Positions 60,735-64,000 of a DNA stretch of 64,000 nucleotides are shown piece after piece. How positions within the stretch are numbered: position 1 is the stretch's first letter; every line of letters begins with the position of its first letter. The stretch is from Escherichia phage vB_EfeM_pEP20. The DNA is taken from the sequence record OQ743992. One strand, 5' to 3'. Under the pieces are notes generated by a model. That model ran no database searches. It was not told the DNA's origin and worked only from the letters and a program-made list of their open reading frames with translations. Position numbers and translations under genes: made by a program.

Positions 60735-61280
60735 ATGCCTAAAGTGAAAGAACACGATAAAATTATTTTGTATGTTAAACAGAACCCTTCAAAGAGTGTG
60801 GAGGCTGTTGTAACACATGTCTCGCACACTGGCACAGTTTATTTTCGACCACTGAAGAACTTAGACTTTGACATAACACAAAGCTACACATTTAGTACCT
60901 CTGCAAGACTGTGCGCAGGAACTGTTTACTCAACTGCTGAGATTGAGTCTTTAGCTTTCACAGGTGCTTACAAGGACTTTATCGGGATTGCTTTAAAGGG
61001 CTCTGAGGAATCTTTTAAATTTTTCATGGATGCTGCTAATGGTGGTCGTAGATATACCATTCCAGTCTTTAAGAAAGTTGATACAGAGATTGTCAACAAG
61101 TGCGAAGAAATTAGCAGTGACCTGAAGGAACTTAAAACATCTGTGCAGAATGCAATTTACATTATTGAAAAGAATCACTTAGAAGTTCTTTTCAGAGATA
61201 TGCTGAAAGCAGGGTTTACTCCAGACGAAATTACAAGAGAAACTCAACGTCAGTTCAGAAATGCTATGGTAAAAGAATGA
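60735..61280 (+). CDS. hypothetical protein (181 aa)
   Basis: Track ORF. Confidence 0.5.
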   Translation: MPKVKEHDKIILYVKQNPSKSVEAVVTHVSHTGTVYFRPLKNLDFDITQSYTFSTSARLCAGTVYSTAEIESLAFTGAYKDFIGIALKGSEESFKFFMDAANGGRRYTIPVFKKVDTEIVNKCEEISSDLKELKTSVQNAIYIIEKNHLEVLFRDMLKAGFTPDEITRETQRQFRNAMVKE

Positions 61281-61495
61281 AAAAACTAACTACAGTTGAA
61301 GACTACTACAAACTATCCCTGTTAGAACAGTATCGTAGAAGCCAGAATATCAGGAAATGCTACGGTAAACACGCTGAAGGTGACTTTTACCGTTGCTATG
61401 ATGCAGATTTAAAAGGTGTAACACCTAGAGGGAAAGTCCTGCAAAGACTTGTTGACCTTGAGTGGAACAAACGATTGAGAGGTGTTGGAAAATGA
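61277..61495 (+). CDS. hypothetical protein (72 aa)
   Basis: Track ORF. Confidence 0.45.
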   Translation: MKKLTTVEDYYKLSLLEQYRRSQNIRKCYGKHAEGDFYRCYDADLKGVTPRGKVLQRLVDLEWNKRLRGVGK

Positions 61496-61995
61496 TTTAC
61501 GAAGAAAGATACAAGATAGATTTTCAGGATACTCGCCATCAGACTTCTTTAAGAGTGACGAAACCAAATGGAGATACTGGTATCATAGCTCATTTTGGTG
61601 GTGATTATTGGTACGGTACAGGTTGCTTTGAAGGCTACAATAAAGAATATTTGAAAGCTTTCTACAGAGACTTTACAAATGACTACAACAGGGTTGTTGA
61701 CGAAAAGAATAAGTGTATTAAGCATGAATACCATGCCAGAGGTTGTCTGAATATTGCTATGATACTGGTTTTCTTCTTAGCAACATTACTAGCCGTCTCA
61801 GCAATCAGCTACATAGCTCAAGACTCGACTATTACACAGATTACTGCAAAGGTACATGCTATTTGGTACTTGTACGCTGTTCCTTTAGCTGGTATCATCA
61901 TCTCACTACTAAGATTCAGAGTTCATAAGAAACGACTTAAGGACTCTGAGGTTAAACTTGAAGAGGTAAGTAAAGAATGCAACCTACAATTATAG
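61492..61995 (+). CDS. hypothetical membrane protein
   Basis: ATG at 61492 after GAGGTG; two hydrophobic helices in the C-terminal half. Confidence 0.45.
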   Translation: MIYEERYKIDFQDTRHQTSLRVTKPNGDTGIIAHFGGDYWYGTGCFEGYNKEYLKAFYRDFTNDYNRVVDEKNKCIKHEYHARGCLNIAMILVFFLATLLAVSAISYIAQDSTITQITAKVHAIWYLYAVPLAGIIISLLRFRVHKKRLKDSEVKLEEVSKECNLQL

Positions 61996-62071
61996 CTGTA
62001 TGTGTTCGTTTTGCAATCGCTGAAATGATTAACAAGGCAATCTTGAAAGATGCTTATGGAGAAACTAAGTA

Positions 62072-62296
62072 ATGATTAAGACACCTGTACCAATTTTTGG
62101 ATTTCCTTCTATTGAAGAGTTCAAAGTTTATCTTGATAAAAACTTCTACAATGAGCAGCCTGTTACTCTGCTGAAGAGTGACTTATCAGAGCTTCTTGAT
62201 ATGGTTATCAAGGCAACTTCTGAGAAGGAACCTGAACAGAAAGCTGAGAAGAAGACTAGTAAGAAATCCGATAAGAAGGCTGAAAAGTCTGAGTAA
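62072..62296 (+). CDS. hypothetical protein (74 aa) with lysine-rich C-terminus
   Basis: Track ORF. Confidence 0.45.
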   Translation: MIKTPVPIFGFPSIEEFKVYLDKNFYNEQPVTLLKSDLSELLDMVIKATSEKEPEQKAEKKTSKKSDKKAEKSE

Positions 62297-62349
62297 TAAC
62301 TTGAGGGGTTACTTGATAGCCCCTTTGTAGAAACTTAGAAGGTAGCGAA

Positions 62350-62814
62350 ATGAAAATTAAAGAAGTCGTTCAAAAAGCCATGCTTAACAATTCAACTAAA
62401 CATGAAATGTACATAGAGATTTGTGATAAACTGAATTGTTCAAGACATGCTGCTAAGGTTCTTGTAAGTTGCTTTATCTGGGAATGCTCAGAGGCTTACA
62501 TGCAATATGTAGCGTTTGAAAGTTCTCACTTACTAGGTGATGTAGAAGTTGGTGAGAAGCTAAAAGAACCTGAGATGAAAACAGTTCCTAAAGTTGGTAA
62601 TGTATACCCTCTTAAAGACTTCAAGACTGGAAAGATTGTTGCAAAAGGTGTAGTAGAATCTGTTTATCACGATGGTAAATACTTACTTAAAATATTTGAG
62701 TATGATAGCCACTACACACACTTATGTGGGATTACATTCTTAGTAACAGAAGAAGACCTCATTAAGAACAACGGCAATAAGTTTGCAGTTCCAGCTTACC
62801 AAGTTTTACGATAA
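62350..62814 (+). CDS. hypothetical protein (154 aa)
   Basis: Track ORF. Confidence 0.5.
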   Translation: MKIKEVVQKAMLNNSTKHEMYIEICDKLNCSRHAAKVLVSCFIWECSEAYMQYVAFESSHLLGDVEVGEKLKEPEMKTVPKVGNVYPLKDFKTGKIVAKGVVESVYHDGKYLLKIFEYDSHYTHLCGITFLVTEEDLIKNNGNKFAVPAYQVLR

Positions 62815-62818
62815 TGGT

Positions 62819-63376
62819 ATGATAGATATGGAAAAAGATAACTTAAAAGAAGTTGAAGGCAACTACCTAGTCCTTGATTGGAGTGATGTGCAAGAAGCTC
62901 TCTCCAAAGAGAGTCTTAGCATACTAGAGCAACTTATCTTCTCAGTAAGGCATATCAGAGAAGTTAAAAATGGTAAAGAGCCATTAGAAGGAATCTTTGT
63001 AGAGAAGTCTTATCCGTTCTATGAAGACACTTTGCAGAAAGTTAAGATGTACTTTAAACAGAAGAATCGTAAAGCGGTCACTATGGTATCTCTTGGTGGA
63101 CAGAGCATGTCTGTGATGGAAGATATCAACCCTAAGAGACCGAGTAAAGGTGTTTGTATAAAAATCACAGGTCATGAAGAGTATATCTCAGTGGATGACT
63201 TTAGTTTATTCTGCAATGGTTCTTGTGTCTTTAATGGTTTTCACTATGATATCCGAGTGTACCCAATCAAGGGAGATGATATCATGATGCAGGTATTCGA
63301 TAATAACAATGGATTTACTCATTTTTATCAGACAACCAAGTCATCATTGAAAACAGTTCTGGAAACACTGATTTAA
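62819..63376 (+). CDS. hypothetical protein (about 185 aa)
   Basis: ATG at 62819 chosen; the track start at 62783 overlaps the upstream gene. Confidence 0.45.
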   Translation: MIDMEKDNLKEVEGNYLVLDWSDVQEALSKESLSILEQLIFSVRHIREVKNGKEPLEGIFVEKSYPFYEDTLQKVKMYFKQKNRKAVTMVSLGGQSMSVMEDINPKRPSKGVCIKITGHEEYISVDDFSLFCNGSCVFNGFHYDIRVYPIKGDDIMMQVFDNNNGFTHFYQTTKSSLKTVLETLI

Positions 63377-63385
63377 AATATCTTA

Positions 63386-63412
63386 AGAGCCTCCTTAATT
63401 GGGGGCTTTTTA
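63386..63412 (+). terminator. rho-independent terminator candidate
   Basis: Hairpin GAGCCTCC-TTAATT-GGGGGCT followed by TTTTTAATTTTT. Confidence 0.5.
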
Positions 63413-63479
63413 ATTTTTATAAAATTTTATCGGTTGTCCCAACCTCTGGGTCACCATCATATGTGAATAAAATATCTAT

Positions 63480-63760
63480 CCTTCTTAACAGCCTTCTTAA
63501 TCTTACTCTCTATATAGTTATATAGTACTATATAGTATCTTAGTAACTATCTAGTGGTCTTAATAGCCCCTCTGTATAACCCTTCTAAATAGCCTTCTAA
63601 CAAGCCCTCTAATAAGCCTTCTAAACAACCTATACAATCACCTTAACCACCTCTCTATAGCCTCTTAGAAGCCCCTATACACCTCTTAATCTCTATGTCA
63701 GCTATGTTACCCTCTATAGGTGTTCACTAGGTGTTACTAAGCCTCTATATAGACTGTTTT
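63480..63760. repeat. cluster of short direct repeats (iteron-like) in non-coding right edge
   Basis: CCTTCTTAA x2, TATATAGT x3, (A)GCC(T/C)TCTAA(N)A x4, CTCTATAG x3, followed by an AT-rich stretch. Confidence 0.55.
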
Positions 63761-64000
63761 AACAAACTTAACAGGAATATCTTTACAGACCTTATCTCAC
63801 AAGGTCTAACACGGTACTAACAAGGTATCTTATAAGCCTGTTTATACCTGTATTTTTAAAAGGCTGTATAGGTAATTATTCAGAATTTTAAAATTTTTAT
63901 AAAATAGGACTATCAAGTCATTTTTTAGGGTCTTTGAAGGAACTGAAAAATATCTGTAGAGTTGATTCGGTAGAATCTACCTCATGATGTATATCTGCTT

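Overview
This window reads as part of a virulent myovirus genome, probably Felix-O1-like (a sheath/tube tail module, a lambda-type head module and a large tRNA array on an AT-rich backbone). All calls rest on reading the six-frame translations and the DNA by eye; no searches or structure predictions were run, and tRNA folds were done by hand. Layout: 1-12374 is a minus-strand replication and nucleotide-metabolism block (NrdB, NrdA, GIY-YIG endonuclease, flap endonuclease, SSB, primase-helicase, dNMP kinase). 12632-24094 is a plus-strand block holding a family A DNA polymerase interrupted by an HNH endonuclease insertion, DNA ligase, DHFR and thymidylate synthase. 24139-47858 is a minus-strand structural block (two His-box tail fibers, baseplate, tape measure, tube, sheath, capsid, protease, portal, large terminase). 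48081-53356 is a minus-strand array of about 27 tRNA or tRNA-like genes. 55600-63376 is a plus-strand block of small genes including an endolysin. The most interesting candidate is a Ro60-like (TROVE plus vWA) gene at 53512-54927 lying directly upstream of four conserved structured elements interleaved with the tRNAs; these look like Y-RNA-like ncRNAs, and one carries a tRNA-like module. Other points worth a second look are three Leu-anticodon tRNAs without a long variable arm, GGT-periodic repeat blocks, a conserved 22-mer at two divergent intergenic regions, and an iteron-rich region at the right edge.
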